Made by a program: the position numbers and the translations under genes. From contig DATKEC010000132.1 of the NCBI GenBank assembly GCA_035544575.1, positions 3,464 through 67,463 on the forward strand: a stretch of DNA of 64,000 nt, in the 5' to 3' direction. The notes under the pieces were generated by a model. The model saw nothing but the letters and a program-made list of their open reading frames with translations, was not told where the DNA came from and searched no databases. Shown here in pieces: positions 1 to 9,774 of the stretch. The stretch's first letter is position 1, and every line of letters starts with the position of its first letter. The stretch is from Acidimicrobiia bacterium (GTDB taxonomy: Bacteria > Actinomycetota > Acidimicrobiia > Spongiisociales > ZC4RG35).

Positions 1-335
1 CAGACGTTTCGGCGAAGCCCGAGGTCGGCGCCGCTCTTCGATTTGGATTCAGCGAGGCTCCCGTCGACCTGGAAATGACCGTCATGGAACTGGGTCCCGA
101 CCGCGAGGTCCGCTGGGCCTGTGGTGGCCCGTGGCCGTACTGGGCGGGAACCCAGATCGCGTGGTCGATCCTCGAAGCGGACACCGGCGGAACGATGGTC
201 TTGTTCCGCCACGACGGTTGGTCCGAAGAACAACCGCCCGTCGAGTTCGGATCCGTGGCGATGGTTTGGGCCCGAGTTCTGCTGGCGCTCGAAGCTCACG
301 TTCGCACCGGAGTGGCGGCGCCCGCCCTGGGCTGA
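1..335 (+). CDS. SRPBCC/AHSA1-like domain protein, 5'-truncated by window edge
   Basis: Frame 3 is open from the window edge to the stop at 333-335. The C-terminal part (RWACGGPWPYWAGTQIAWSILE…GGTMVLFRHDGWSEE…) resembles the C-terminus of activator-of-Hsp90-ATPase-like SRPBCC proteins. Confidence 0.55.
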   Translation, partial: DVSAKPEVGAALRFGFSEAPVDLEMTVMELGPDREVRWACGGPWPYWAGTQIAWSILEADTGGTMVLFRHDGWSEEQPPVEFGSVAMVWARVLLALEAHVRTGVAAPALG

Positions 336-390
336 CCGACGAACCGCCGGGCGTGTTGGGAAGGAGCTGCGAAGCGACGACAATCCGAGA

Positions 391-1581
391 ATGGCCGAGC
401 GGCAAGACGACAGGTGGGCGAGCTTGCTCGACCCTGCCTTCACCGCCGCCCATCGGGCACTGGTGCGCCTCGAGGACGACGAGGTGCCCGCCGCCCTCCG
501 CCCCGTACGGGCGATTTCGAAGGCCAAGACGTGGCCCAAGCCTCATCGTCGCCTCCTCGTCACCCACCTCGACGACGAGTGGTTGCGCACCCTGGCGCTC
601 GTCGAACTCGGCGCCGGCTCCGGCCCCGCCGACCGAGCCTCCCGGATCTTTCTCGACCGGGCGGAAGGATGGGAAGCAGAGCTCGATGAGATCGCGTCGG
701 CTCGAACCGAACGCCGGGAGCAGCGCGACGCGGCGGCGCTGCGGACCGAGAATCAGCGACTCGTCGCCCTCAACGACGAGCTGAGCAGGCGGTTGCGGGA
801 CACCGAATCCGAACTTCAGGACCTCAACCAGCGCATCGACTCCGACGGCAGGCTCGAGCAGCTGAAGAAGCGTCTCGACGAGGCGTCCCGCAGCGTCGCC
901 GGCCTGGAACGCGAAGTTGGCGAGCGGGATGCCGCAGTCGAGCGCATCCGGAATGAGCTGGCTGAAGCCGACGAACGAATCAACGTCCTGCGTGCCCGGG
1001 CCGCCAAGGCGTCCGACGGGTTGCCGCGGACAGATTCGGCGTCCCGCACCTTCGGGAGAGGGAGACCCGTCGAGACGGCGCGTTTCCTCGATGAACTCGT
1101 CGAAGCCCTCCGCCCCCGCCCAGGCGAATCGGATACGTCGCCGAATCTGTCCCCGCTGGTGCTGCCACCCGGGGTCAGGCCGGATACCGCCGCCGCCGTC
1201 GAATGGATCCGGTCGATTCAGCGCAAGGTCCTGTTGGTGGTCGACGGCCACAACGTCGCCCACGACCTCGAAGCCGATCCCGGCCGCACCGCCCGGGATC
1301 GGGTGGTCTCAGAAGTCGCCCGGTTGCGTCGGCTGTCGGACGGGCCGTTGTCCGCGGTGGTGTTCTTCGACACCAGCGAATCCGCCGAGAAGTATTCGAA
1401 CTTCGGCGTGTCGGTCCGCTACGTCCCGAACGCCGACGACGCCATCGAAGGGTTGGTGGCGGCATCCGACACCCAGACGATCGTTGTCAGCACTGACCGA
1501 GACGTGCGGGCCCGCTCTGCCCGGCATGGAGCCGTGACGCTCTGGGGGACGGCGCTGTCTGCCTGGATCCGGGGGCGCTGA
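391..1581 (+). CDS. NYN-domain (YacP-like) protein with N-terminal coiled coil
   Basis: ATG at 391 in frame of ORF 121..1581. Long heptad-like Glu/Arg/Leu coiled-coil region, then C-terminal LLVVDGHNVAHDLE… typical of NYN/YacP RNase-like domains. Confidence 0.6.
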   Translation: MAERQDDRWASLLDPAFTAAHRALVRLEDDEVPAALRPVRAISKAKTWPKPHRRLLVTHLDDEWLRTLALVELGAGSGPADRASRIFLDRAEGWEAELDEIASARTERREQRDAAALRTENQRLVALNDELSRRLRDTESELQDLNQRIDSDGRLEQLKKRLDEASRSVAGLEREVGERDAAVERIRNELAEADERINVLRARAAKASDGLPRTDSASRTFGRGRPVETARFLDELVEALRPRPGESDTSPNLSPLVLPPGVRPDTAAAVEWIRSIQRKVLLVVDGHNVAHDLEADPGRTARDRVVSEVARLRRLSDGPLSAVVFFDTSESAEKYSNFGVSVRYVPNADDAIEGLVAASDTQTIVVSTDRDVRARSARHGAVTLWGTALSAWIRGR

Positions 1582-1590
1582 TCCCCCCTC

Positions 1591-1625
1591 GGGCCGGTGG
1601 AGGCCCATCCCCTCTCCACCGGCCC
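1591..1625. terminator. GC-rich hairpin between convergent genes (12-bp perfect inverted repeat GGGCCGGTGGAG / CTCCACCGGCCC, 11-nt loop)
   Basis: Seen directly 10 bp after the NYN gene stop and before the end of the minus-strand small gene. No U-tract, as is common in high-GC genomes. Confidence 0.4.
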
Positions 1626-1645
1626 GCTCCGACCTCTCGGTGATC

Positions 1646-1852
1646 TCAGCCAGCGGCGGCGGCGGGAGGATCGGGACGTTCGACCAGACGAAGACGGGGA
1701 ACGAGCCCGGCATCGGACAGGGCATCGAGCGCTTCCCGCTCGTCATCGTCCAGCTCCAACGGTCCGGGGCCGATCGCGATCAGCACGCCGACGACGCAGT
1801 CATCGCACGCGGTGGTGTCCCGCATGGAGCACCGGTCACAGTCGATCAGCAT
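1646..1852 (-). CDS. small Cys4 (CDRC…CDDC) zinc-ribbon-like hypothetical protein
   Basis: 68-aa ORF with GGAGG 6 nt upstream of the ATG on the minus strand. Two CxxC pairs. Divergent from queG. Confidence 0.45.
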   Translation of the reverse strand: MLIDCDRCSMRDTTACDDCVVGVLIAIGPGPLELDDDEREALDALSDAGLVPRLRLVERPDPPAAAAG

Positions 1853-1914
1853 GTCGCACCTCCGTCGGAGTCGCCTGCCGGCACCGTACGGAATGGGTGT
1901 GACACAATCCGGCA

Positions 1915-2967
1915 GTGACCGATCTCGAGACGCTCGTCTCAGCCGCAGGCTCTGACCTCGACAGGATCGGATGGACCACCTCCGACCCGTTCCCCGACGT
2001 GAAACTCGAGATCGAGCGGCGTGTGGCCGACGGGATGTCGGCCCGGTTGGGGTTCACCTTCTCGAACCCGGAACGCGCCACCACACCGCGCCAATCGTGG
2101 CCGTGGGCACAGTCGATCGTGGTGGGTCTCCACTCGTACCTGCCGGCCGCCGGCACGGCCCGGGGACCTGCCCGTGTCGCCCGATTCGCCGAGCGCGACC
2201 ATTACGTGGAACTGCGCGAAGGCCTGGAGCGGGTGGCCGCGGCGCTCAGAACCGGCGGGCATCGCGCAACAGTCGTCGTCGACGACAGTCGCCTCGTCGA
2301 CCGGGCGGCGGCCCACCGGGCGGGCCTCGCCTGGTGGGGCAAGAACACGATGTTGCTCACTCCCGGGCTGGGCCCGTGGTTCCTCATCGGATGCGTCGTC
2401 ACCGACGCTCCTTTGGGACCATCAGAACGGATGCAGCGCGATTGCGGGACCTGCGAGGCGTGCCTGCCGGCGTGTCCCACCGGAGCACTCGTCGCACCGG
2501 GGGTCCTCGATGCGCGGCGATGCCTGGCCGCGATCCTGCAGGCGCCGGGGGACATTCCCATCGAGTTTCGCCGGGCGGTGGGCAACCGCGTGTATGGCTG
2601 TGATGACTGTATCGAAGCGTGTCCGCCCGGCTCACGGCTGGCCCACCGGGCAACGGAGGACCGGGGCAGCGTCGATCTGGCGGAACTCCTCACGATCGGC
2701 GACAACGAGTTGCTCGCCCGCCACGGCCACTTCTACCTGCCGGGAGGAAGTCCCCGCATCATCCGTCGCAACGCACTCGTGGCCCTCGGCAACATCGGGA
2801 CCGCTGAGCATCTGACTTTGCTCGCCGGCTATCTGCTCCACCCCGACGCGCTGTTGCGTCACCACGCCCGGTGGGCGATAACGGCCATCGGCGGCCCGGT
2901 CGCCGAACGGCTGTTGGCGATGAGTCCTGAGTCCGATCAGCCCGAGGAACGACCCATCGGAAAGTAG
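1915..2967 (+). CDS. queG: epoxyqueuosine reductase (tRNA queuosine biosynthesis), 4Fe-4S with C-terminal HEAT-like repeats
   Basis: GLAWWGKNTMLL motif, CGTCEACLPACPTGAL and YGCDDCIEACP ferredoxin-type cysteine clusters. GTG start. Confidence 0.85.
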   Translation: MTDLETLVSAAGSDLDRIGWTTSDPFPDVKLEIERRVADGMSARLGFTFSNPERATTPRQSWPWAQSIVVGLHSYLPAAGTARGPARVARFAERDHYVELREGLERVAAALRTGGHRATVVVDDSRLVDRAAAHRAGLAWWGKNTMLLTPGLGPWFLIGCVVTDAPLGPSERMQRDCGTCEACLPACPTGALVAPGVLDARRCLAAILQAPGDIPIEFRRAVGNRVYGCDDCIEACPPGSRLAHRATEDRGSVDLAELLTIGDNELLARHGHFYLPGGSPRIIRRNALVALGNIGTAEHLTLLAGYLLHPDALLRHHARWAITAIGGPVAERLLAMSPESDQPEERPIGK

Positions 2968-5069
2968 GCCAGGTCGCAATAGTCCGACAGCATCCGATGG
3001 GTCGAGAACTCGACGAGCGAGGACACGATCGACTCTTTCATCCATTCCACCCACTGCTCGGGGACACCCGCCGGGTTGCGATCGTAATAGAGGGGAGCGA
3101 TCTCGTCGACGAGCGTGCGATAGAAGTCGTCGGCGTCGTGATGATCGGCCGCCTCCCAGTCGTCGCTGGCCTCGCCCGATCCGTACACCCACCCGTTCTT
3201 GCCGTTGTAGCCCTCGAGCCACCATCCGTCGAGAACCGAAAAATTCAGCGTCCCGTTGATGGCAGCCTTCATTCCCGACGTGCCGCTCGCCTCCATGGGC
3301 GGGCGCGGGTTGTTCACCCAGACATCCACGCCCTGGACCATGAATCGTGCCATGCGGGCGTCGTAGTCCTCCAGCATGAAGACATGTCCCCGGAAGTCCG
3401 CGGACTTCGAGATCTCGGTGATCTCCCGGATGAATGCCTGACCGAACTGATCGGCGGGATGGGCTTTGCCGGCGTAGACGATCTGGACCGGGAGATCGGG
3501 ATTTGTGAGGATCGCGTGCAGCCGCTCCCTGTCCTGGAACATGAGGGTCGCCCGCTTGTAGGTGGCGAACCGGCGGGCGAAGCCGAGCGTGAGGCGATCG
3601 GTGGGGAGCATGGTGGCGACGGCGGCGAGCTCGTCCGGCGAGCCGCCGTGACGGGCGAGCTGGCGGCGGATGCGGCCCCGGGCGAACCGGGCGAAGATCT
3701 CCTTGCGGCGCAGGTGGGCTTCCCACACGGCCGTGTTGTCGATGAGCCTGCCGCCCTCGATCAGCGTCGGGTCTTCGAGCAGCTTGGTGGGCCACTTCGA
3801 CCCCAGGCGTCTCGACAGCATGCGGGCGCCGTCGCGTCCGATCCACGACGGGGTGTGGACGCCGTTGGTGACGGAGGCGGCATCCGCGCCGATCAGATGC
3901 CTCCACCCGTCCGAGGCCACCTCGCCGTGCCGTTGGGAGACGCCGTTGATGATCGATGCGAACCGAATGGCCAGCGCGCCGAGATCGAAACGGTCGAGGG
4001 CTTCGCCGTCGGCGCTCGCCAGACGTGTGAGTTCTTCCATGTCGAGACCGAGCTTCTCGGCCCACGGGATCAAGTACTTGGCGGCGATCGGGGCATCGAA
4101 GACTTCGTTGCCAGCCGGGACCGGGGTGTGCAGGGTGAAGAGCGTGCGGGAACGGATCTGGTCCCGGGCCGTGTCCAAGGTGGTGCCGCTCGCCATGTGC
4201 TGGACTGCCCGCTCGAGCAGGCTCATCGCCGAATGACCCTCGTTCACGTGCCAGACGGCCGGCTCGATTCCCAATTCCTCGAGGGCGCGCACCCCGCCGA
4301 CGCCGAGGACCAGTTCCTGGCAGAAGCGCATTTCTCGACCCGACACGTACAACTGGTGGGTGATGGGCCGGTCATAGACGTTGTTCTCGGGGAGGTCGGT
4401 GTCGAGGAGCAGCAGGGGTACGCCGCCAACGTCGAGTTTCCACACCGCCACATACACCTCGCGCCCGGGGAACTCGACGGTGACCTTCAGCTGACCACCG
4501 CCGTTGGACGACACCGGTCGGACGGGCAGGCGTCGGAGGTCGAGTTCGGGATAGAAGTGCTGCTGGTCGCCGTCCATGTCGACTTCCTGGCGGAAGTATC
4601 CGCGGCGGAACAGCAACCCGACGGCCACCAGCGGGATCCCGAGGTCCGATGCCGACTTGAGGTGGTCCCCGGCGAGGATGCCCAGGCCGCCTGAGTAGAA
4701 CGGCACCGAGTGGTGCACGCCGAACTCGGTGCAGAAGTAGGCGACCGGACCCGCCATCGGCGCTCCCTGACGGTCGTACCAGGTCTCGCGTTCGCCCATG
4801 TAGATGTCGTAGGCGCCGAGCGCGTTGTGGGTGAGGTCGTGGATCGCCTCGACCTGTTCGATCTGGCGCCATCGGGTGGGATCGATCGAGGCGAGCAGGT
4901 CGATCGGGTTGTGGTACTGCTCCCAGTGGACCTGGTCGAGCGATGCCCAAAGGTCACGGCCCTCGGGGTGCCACGACCACCACAGGTTGTAGGCGAGGTC
5001 GGTCAGCCTTCGGAGACTGCGGGGGAGCATGAGTTCGGCGTTGGCGAGAGTTGGAATATCGAAAGACAC
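2937..5069 (-). CDS. glgP: alpha-glucan (glycogen/maltodextrin) phosphorylase, GT35
   Basis: 710 aa. N-terminus LAYNLWWSWHPEG…FCTEFGVHHSVPFYSGGLGILAGDHLKSASDLG is typical of GlgP-type phosphorylases. Confidence 0.9.
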   Translation of the reverse strand: MSFDIPTLANAELMLPRSLRRLTDLAYNLWWSWHPEGRDLWASLDQVHWEQYHNPIDLLASIDPTRWRQIEQVEAIHDLTHNALGAYDIYMGERETWYDRQGAPMAGPVAYFCTEFGVHHSVPFYSGGLGILAGDHLKSASDLGIPLVAVGLLFRRGYFRQEVDMDGDQQHFYPELDLRRLPVRPVSSNGGGQLKVTVEFPGREVYVAVWKLDVGGVPLLLLDTDLPENNVYDRPITHQLYVSGREMRFCQELVLGVGGVRALEELGIEPAVWHVNEGHSAMSLLERAVQHMASGTTLDTARDQIRSRTLFTLHTPVPAGNEVFDAPIAAKYLIPWAEKLGLDMEELTRLASADGEALDRFDLGALAIRFASIINGVSQRHGEVASDGWRHLIGADAASVTNGVHTPSWIGRDGARMLSRRLGSKWPTKLLEDPTLIEGGRLIDNTAVWEAHLRRKEIFARFARGRIRRQLARHGGSPDELAAVATMLPTDRLTLGFARRFATYKRATLMFQDRERLHAILTNPDLPVQIVYAGKAHPADQFGQAFIREITEISKSADFRGHVFMLEDYDARMARFMVQGVDVWVNNPRPPMEASGTSGMKAAINGTLNFSVLDGWWLEGYNGKNGWVYGSGEASDDWEAADHHDADDFYRTLVDEIAPLYYDRNPAGVPEQWVEWMKESIVSSLVEFSTHRMLSDYCDLAYFPMGRSSG

Positions 5070-5156
5070 GGGGGCTGCAAGTTACCTCCATTCGAGTGAG
5101 GGGCCGCGGCCGGCGGCGAAGCAGCGCCCCGGCATCAGTGGCGTACCCTGGGTTCC

Positions 5157-6827
5157 ATGAGCCTCAAGATCCACTCTCAGGACGTGACCGAGGGCCCGGC
5201 CAAAGCCGGAGCCCGGGCGATGTTGCGCGCCGTCGGCCTCACCGAGGACGACTTCTCCAAGCCTCAGGTCGGTCTCGTTTCGGCGGGCAACGAGGTCACA
5301 CCGTGCAACGTGACGGGCCCCGAACTCGCCGCCAAGGCGAAGGAGGGTGTGGTCGCCAACGGGGGCGTCGGCCTGACGTTCGCCACGATCGCCGTCTCAG
5401 ACGGAATCTCCATGGGCCACGAGGGGATGCGTGCCTCGCTGGTCAGCCGCGAGATCATCGCCGACTCGGTCGAACTCGTCATGCATGCGGAGCGCTTCGA
5501 CGCGATGGTGACGATCGCCGGCTGTGACAAGTCCCTTCCGGGGATGTTGATGGCCGCTGCCCGCACCAACCTGCCGTCTGTGTTCCTCTACGGTGGGTCG
5601 TCGATGCCGGGTCGCTACCTCGACCGGGACATCGACATCGTCGACGTCTTCGAGGCGGTCGGTGCCCTGTCCGAAGGCCGGATCAGTCCCGAGGAGATGC
5701 TCGAGATCGAACGTAACGCCTGTCCCGGGGCTGGCTCGTGCGCCGGGATGTTCACGGCCAACACCATGGCGAGTGTCGGCGAGGCGATCGGCATGTCGTT
5801 GCCCGGCTCGAGCACGGTGCCTGCGATCGATCCCCGCTTGCGCGACTATGCCGTTTCCTCCGGCGAGGCGGTGATGCGGCTCCTGGCCGACAACGTCCGA
5901 CCCCGCCAGATCATGACCCGTCCCGCCTTCGAGAATGCCATTGCGACAGTGATGGCGCTGGGCGGGTCGACCAATGCGGTGTTGCATCTGATGGCGATCG
6001 CCAACGAAGCCGAGGTCGAACTCACCCTCGAGGACTTCGACCGCATCAGCCGGAAGACACCGCACATCGGTGACCTTCGCCCGTTCGGCAAGTACCACAT
6101 GGTCGGCCTCGACCGCATCGGTGGCGTCCCGGTGGTGCTGAAGGCCCTCCTGGACGAAGGACTCATCCACGGCGACGTGGCAACCGTCACCGGCCGGACC
6201 ATGGCCGAAAACCTCGCCGAGGTAACGATTCCCGACGACCAGGACGTGATCCGTTCGTTTCACCAACCGCTCGCCCGCGAGGGCGGCATCGCCGTGTTGC
6301 GGGGCTCGCTGGCTCCGGACGGCGCGGTCGTGAAGGTGGCTGGCATCGAACTCGATGTCTTCGAAGGCCCGGCCCGCGTCTTCGACGGCGAACAGGCGGC
6401 GCTCGAGTCGCTCTTCAACCATCGCATCAACAAGGGCGACATCGTCGTGATCCGAACCGAGGGCCCGAGGGGCGGGCCGGGGATGCGCGAGATGCTGCAG
6501 ATCACCGCCGCCATCAAAGGGGCAGGACTCGGCAAGGACGTCCTGCTGATCACCGACGGACGCTTTTCCGGCGGCACGACCGGTCTGTGCATCGGCCACG
6601 TCGCTCCCGAATCCGAGGTGGGTGGCCCGATCGGTCTGGTGGAAGAGGGCGACCGCATACGGGTGGAGGTTTCCTCCCGCCGACTCGACGTTCTGGTCTC
6701 CGATGAGGTTCTTGCCGAGCGGCGCGCCAACTGGAAGGCACATCCGCCCCGCTACCCGTCGGGCGTCCTGGCCAAGTACGCACGTCTGGTGGGTTCCGCC
6801 GAGCACGGTGCGGTCACCGGCGCGTGA
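5157..6827 (+). CDS. ilvD: dihydroxy-acid dehydratase
   Basis: 556 aa. IlvD/EDD family signatures (…[26 protein letters not shown]…[14 protein letters not shown]…). Confidence 0.92.
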   Translation: MSLKIHSQDVTEGPAKAGARAMLRAVGLTEDDFSKPQVGLVSAGNEVTPCNVTGPELAAKAKEGVVANGGVGLTFATIAVSDGISMGHEGMRASLVSREIIADSVELVMHAERFDAMVTIAGCDKSLPGMLMAAARTNLPSVFLYGGSSMPGRYLDRDIDIVDVFEAVGALSEGRISPEEMLEIERNACPGAGSCAGMFTANTMASVGEAIGMSLPGSSTVPAIDPRLRDYAVSSGEAVMRLLADNVRPRQIMTRPAFENAIATVMALGGSTNAVLHLMAIANEAEVELTLEDFDRISRKTPHIGDLRPFGKYHMVGLDRIGGVPVVLKALLDEGLIHGDVATVTGRTMAENLAEVTIPDDQDVIRSFHQPLAREGGIAVLRGSLAPDGAVVKVAGIELDVFEGPARVFDGEQAALESLFNHRINKGDIVVIRTEGPRGGPGMREMLQITAAIKGAGLGKDVLLITDGRFSGGTTGLCIGHVAPESEVGGPIGLVEEGDRIRVEVSSRRLDVLVSDEVLAERRANWKAHPPRYPSGVLAKYARLVGSAEHGAVTGA

Positions 6828-7123
6828 TCAAGGTCTACGCCGTCGTCCTGATCCTCGGGATCGTGGCGCTCATCGTCTGGATCTTCATCACCGTTCTGGC
6901 TGGCAACCTCGGGCGGGCCGGCATGGATCCCGAGGCGCGTTTCGGCGTTCCGGGACGCCAAGTGGTGGCATCAGCGGTCGGCTTCGGCATGGCCGGCATG
7001 TCAGCGGAGTACTCGCCGCTCGACATCTCGTGGCCGTTGGCTCTGCTGTTGGCGCTCGGGGGAGCGGCGGCGGCGGCCTGGTATGCCGGCCTGGTGGGCA
7101 TCGAGGCCGAGGAGCCTGCCTGA
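6824..7123 (+). CDS. small hydrophobic membrane protein (hypothetical)
   Basis: ATGA overlap with the ilvD stop. Two to three predicted TM segments. Confidence 0.45.
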   Translation: MIKVYAVVLILGIVALIVWIFITVLAGNLGRAGMDPEARFGVPGRQVVASAVGFGMAGMSAEYSPLDISWPLALLLALGGAAAAAWYAGLVGIEAEEPA

Positions 7124-7124
7124 G

Positions 7125-7910
7125 GTGCTGATCGTCTCCGACGTTCACGGGGCATTCGAGCCGTTGGCCGCGATCGCACGCGGACCCGAGACGCTGCTGA
7201 TCCTCGGTGATCTCCTCAACCTGATGGACTATCGCACCGGTGACGGCATCACCGCCGACATCCTCGGCCGCGACGCCGCCAAGCGGATTGCCCGGGCCCG
7301 CGCCAACGGGGACTTCGGAGGCATGCGCACGATTTGGGCCGACGAGATCGGCTCGGACTACGAGTCGTTCCGTCACCGCTTCGAGGCACACGCCCTCGGC
7401 CAGTACTCGGCGATGCGAGACGCCCTCGAAGGGACGTCGGGATATTGCACATTCGGAAACGTCGACCGACCCGGTCAACTGCGTGACCACCTGCCCGACG
7501 GATGGCGGTTCGTCGACGGCGAGGTGATCGAACTCGACGGCTGGACGGTCGGCATCGTCGGCGGCGGCATCTCGACACCATTGCACGCCAGTGGCGAGGT
7601 CACCGACGAGGAAATGGCGGGCAAGCTCGAGGCGATCGGACCTGTCGACATCCTGTGTTCGCACTTGCCTCCGGCGGTCCGGCCCATGCATCTCGATGTG
7701 GTCACGGGTCGCCCCGAGCGCGCGTCGCAACCCATCCTCGACTACATCGTCGAACACCAGCCGCTGTTTCACTATTACGGCGACGTTCACCAGCCGCAGG
7801 CTTCGACGTGGCGCATCGGACGGACGCGATGCCGCAACGTGGGCTACTTCCGGGCGACGGCCCGGGCGGTGCGTCACGAGCCGAAATTCGGTTCTGCCAG
7901 CGTTGGCTAG
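7125..7910 (+). CDS. metallophosphoesterase (calcineurin-like phosphoesterase)
   Basis: VLIVSDVHG…GDLLN…GNVD/HLPP motifs. GTG at 7125 gives the canonical M-LIVSDVHG N-terminus. An alternative ATG at 7083 overlaps the upstream gene. Confidence 0.75.
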   Translation: MLIVSDVHGAFEPLAAIARGPETLLILGDLLNLMDYRTGDGITADILGRDAAKRIARARANGDFGGMRTIWADEIGSDYESFRHRFEAHALGQYSAMRDALEGTSGYCTFGNVDRPGQLRDHLPDGWRFVDGEVIELDGWTVGIVGGGISTPLHASGEVTDEEMAGKLEAIGPVDILCSHLPPAVRPMHLDVVTGRPERASQPILDYIVEHQPLFHYYGDVHQPQASTWRIGRTRCRNVGYFRATARAVRHEPKFGSASVG

Positions 7911-7943
7911 CCTGAGGGCTCGAACACCAGGAGGATCGGACGC

Positions 7944-8390
7944 GTGGCCGAAGGGACCGTCCAGAGCATCGAGATCGACGCTGAACCATCGGCCTGCTTC
8001 GCGGTGGCTGCCGATGTCGCTGCCTATCCCGAATGGGCGACGGGTGTGCGTTCGACCGAAGTGCTGGAGACGGATGCGCAGGGAAGGCCGGCGCGTGCCG
8101 CGTTCGTCATCGACGGCATGGTCAAGGAGATCGCCTACACCTTGACCTACAGCTACGACGAGCCGCATTCGATGTCGTGGAACGCAGAACCCGGCGCAGA
8201 CCTGAAGGCGCTCGAAGGCTCGTACACGTTCAACGATCTCGGGGAGGGCCGCACCGAGATCGTCTACGCCCTCCGCGCCGATCCGGCGTTCACCATTCCC
8301 GGGTTTCTCCGGCGGCAGGTGGAAAAGCAGATCGTCGGCACCGCACTGCGCGGCTTGCGCGAGCGCGTCGGCGCCGTTTCGGGAGGCTGA
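7944..8390 (+). CDS. SRPBCC (START/polyketide-cyclase/CoxG-like) domain protein
   Basis: 148 aa. IEIDAEPSACFAVAADVAAYPEWATGV… pattern of the SRPBCC ligand-binding fold. Confidence 0.7.
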   Translation: MAEGTVQSIEIDAEPSACFAVAADVAAYPEWATGVRSTEVLETDAQGRPARAAFVIDGMVKEIAYTLTYSYDEPHSMSWNAEPGADLKALEGSYTFNDLGEGRTEIVYALRADPAFTIPGFLRRQVEKQIVGTALRGLRERVGAVSGG

Positions 8391-8395
8391 GCGCC

Positions 8396-9586
8396 ATGCG
8401 CATCCTTCTCGTCACCGGGAAGGGTGGTGTTGGAAAGACGACGGTGGCGGCGACCACCGCACTCGCCGCTGCCGACCGCGGGTATCGCACGCTGGTCAGT
8501 TCCACCGACCCGGCTCACAGCCTGGCGGATGCCCTCGACATCGACCTCGGCGACCGCCCCACTCGGGTCGTCGACAATCTCGACGGTCAACAGATCGACA
8601 CTCAGGAGCGCCTCGAGAGGCATTGGGGGTCGATTCGTGACCAGCTCATGAACGTCTTCGACTGGGGAGGCGTGGGCGGAGTCGAGGCCGAGGAGTTCCT
8701 GGTGTTTCCCGGCATGGACGAGTTGTTCGCCCTGTTGGACCTGAACGAACACGCGCGGTCGGGGGCGTACGACGTCCTGGTCGTCGACTGTGCGCCGACT
8801 GCCGAAACCCTCCGGCTTCTCAGCCTGCCCGAAGTCCTGGCGTGGTACTTCGAACGGGTGATGCCCACCGAGCGGCGGATCATGCGGGCTGCCCGGCCGT
8901 TTCTCAGCCGGATGACCGACCTTCCCGTCCCGGACGACTCGGTCTTCGAGGCTGCCCAAACGGTCTTCGACGGCATCGAGCAGGTCAAGGAGCTGCTCGC
9001 CGATCCGAAGGTGACCTCGGCCCGCCTGGTGGTGAACCCCGAGAAGATGGTCATCGACGAGGCACGCCGCACCTACACCTACCTCGGCCTATTCGGGTAC
9101 GGGGTGGACGGCGTGATCGTCAACCGGGTGCTCCCCGAGGTGGTGAACGACCCGTACTTCGCCAAGTGGCGCAAGATCCAGGCCGGACATCTGGCCACGG
9201 TCGACTCGGCCTTTGCCGAGGTGACACGCCTGCGTTTGCGCCTCTTCGACGACGAAATGGTCGGCGTCTCCCGGCTCCGGGACATGGCCTTGGAGCTCTA
9301 CGGCGACATCGACCCGATCGCCGACTTCGAGGCGGTGAGCCCGTTTCACCTGCGCGAAGAGGGCGACGAGGTCGTCGTCGAGATGGATGTGCCATTCGCC
9401 TCCAAGGACGAACTCGATGTGATCCGGCGGGGGACGGAGTTGGCCATCACCATCGGGCCCTATCGGCGTTCCCTGGTGCTGCCCGACTCCCTGCAGCGGC
9501 GTCCTGTCACCTCTGCTTCACTCGTCGCCGGCCGGCTCCGCATCTGTTTCGGCCCGTCCGCCCGGCGGGCGCGGAAGCCGGCATGA
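8396..9586 (+). CDS. ArsA/Get3-family anion-transporting ATPase homologue
   Basis: ATG at 8396 (MRILLVTGKGGVGKTTVAA…) with GGGAGG 9 nt upstream. Deviant Walker A P-loop. The ORF-track N-terminal extension (8033) is in frame but overlaps the SRPBCC gene. Confidence 0.85.
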   Translation: MRILLVTGKGGVGKTTVAATTALAAADRGYRTLVSSTDPAHSLADALDIDLGDRPTRVVDNLDGQQIDTQERLERHWGSIRDQLMNVFDWGGVGGVEAEEFLVFPGMDELFALLDLNEHARSGAYDVLVVDCAPTAETLRLLSLPEVLAWYFERVMPTERRIMRAARPFLSRMTDLPVPDDSVFEAAQTVFDGIEQVKELLADPKVTSARLVVNPEKMVIDEARRTYTYLGLFGYGVDGVIVNRVLPEVVNDPYFAKWRKIQAGHLATVDSAFAEVTRLRLRLFDDEMVGVSRLRDMALELYGDIDPIADFEAVSPFHLREEGDEVVVEMDVPFASKDELDVIRRGTELAITIGPYRRSLVLPDSLQRRPVTSASLVAGRLRICFGPSARRARKPA

Positions 9587-9774
9587 GTCCCGAATCCGAG
9601 ACCGCCGCCGCATTGAAGCGGGCCGGTGCCAGGGCGGCGTTTCACCTGCTCCGGGCGGGGGTGGAGTCGCTGAAAGCGCTCGAGGCCGTCATCGACGAGT
9701 TGGGCAAGGTCGGGTCGCGTCGCGGTGAGGACGACGACGAGCCGGACGGTCCCGTTCGCATCGAAATCGAATGA
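9583..9774 (+). CDS. small hypothetical protein with acidic C-terminus
   Basis: ATGA-coupled to the ArsA-like stop and ATGA-coupled to the next gene start. 63 aa. No recognisable domain. Confidence 0.4.
   Translation: MSPESETAAALKRAGARAAFHLLRAGVESLKALEAVIDELGKVGSRRGEDDDEPDGPVRIEIE

Noticed and set aside
82-1263. Long antisense or out-of-frame ORFs throughout the track (e.g. 82..1263-, 2632..4065-, 5397..6806-, 6888..8168-, 9642..10853-, 10913..11875-, 12370..13617-, 13062..14447-, 14576..15547-, 20985..22301-, 23555..25054+, 31611..33365-, 33088..34782-, 34305..35774-, 36101..37174-, 37114..38535-, 38935..40971-, 42286..43338-, 46299..48182-, 49950..50837-, 58884..60323-)
   Set aside because: Arg/Pro/Gly-rich low-complexity translations typical of stop-codon-poor 70%-GC DNA. 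Each overlaps a gene with clear family signatures on the opposite strand or in another frame.
8033-8395. N-terminal 121-codon extension of the ArsA-like ORF, and similar extensions of murG (37887), murB (40689), murD (35789), yggS (43824), divIVA (45594), dinB (20988), moaA (51620), ideR (61565), aminotransferase (11057), fabG (15025)
   Set aside because: The extensions overlap upstream genes and are compositionally non-protein-like. Internal ATG/GTG starts give canonical N-termini and stop-start coupling.
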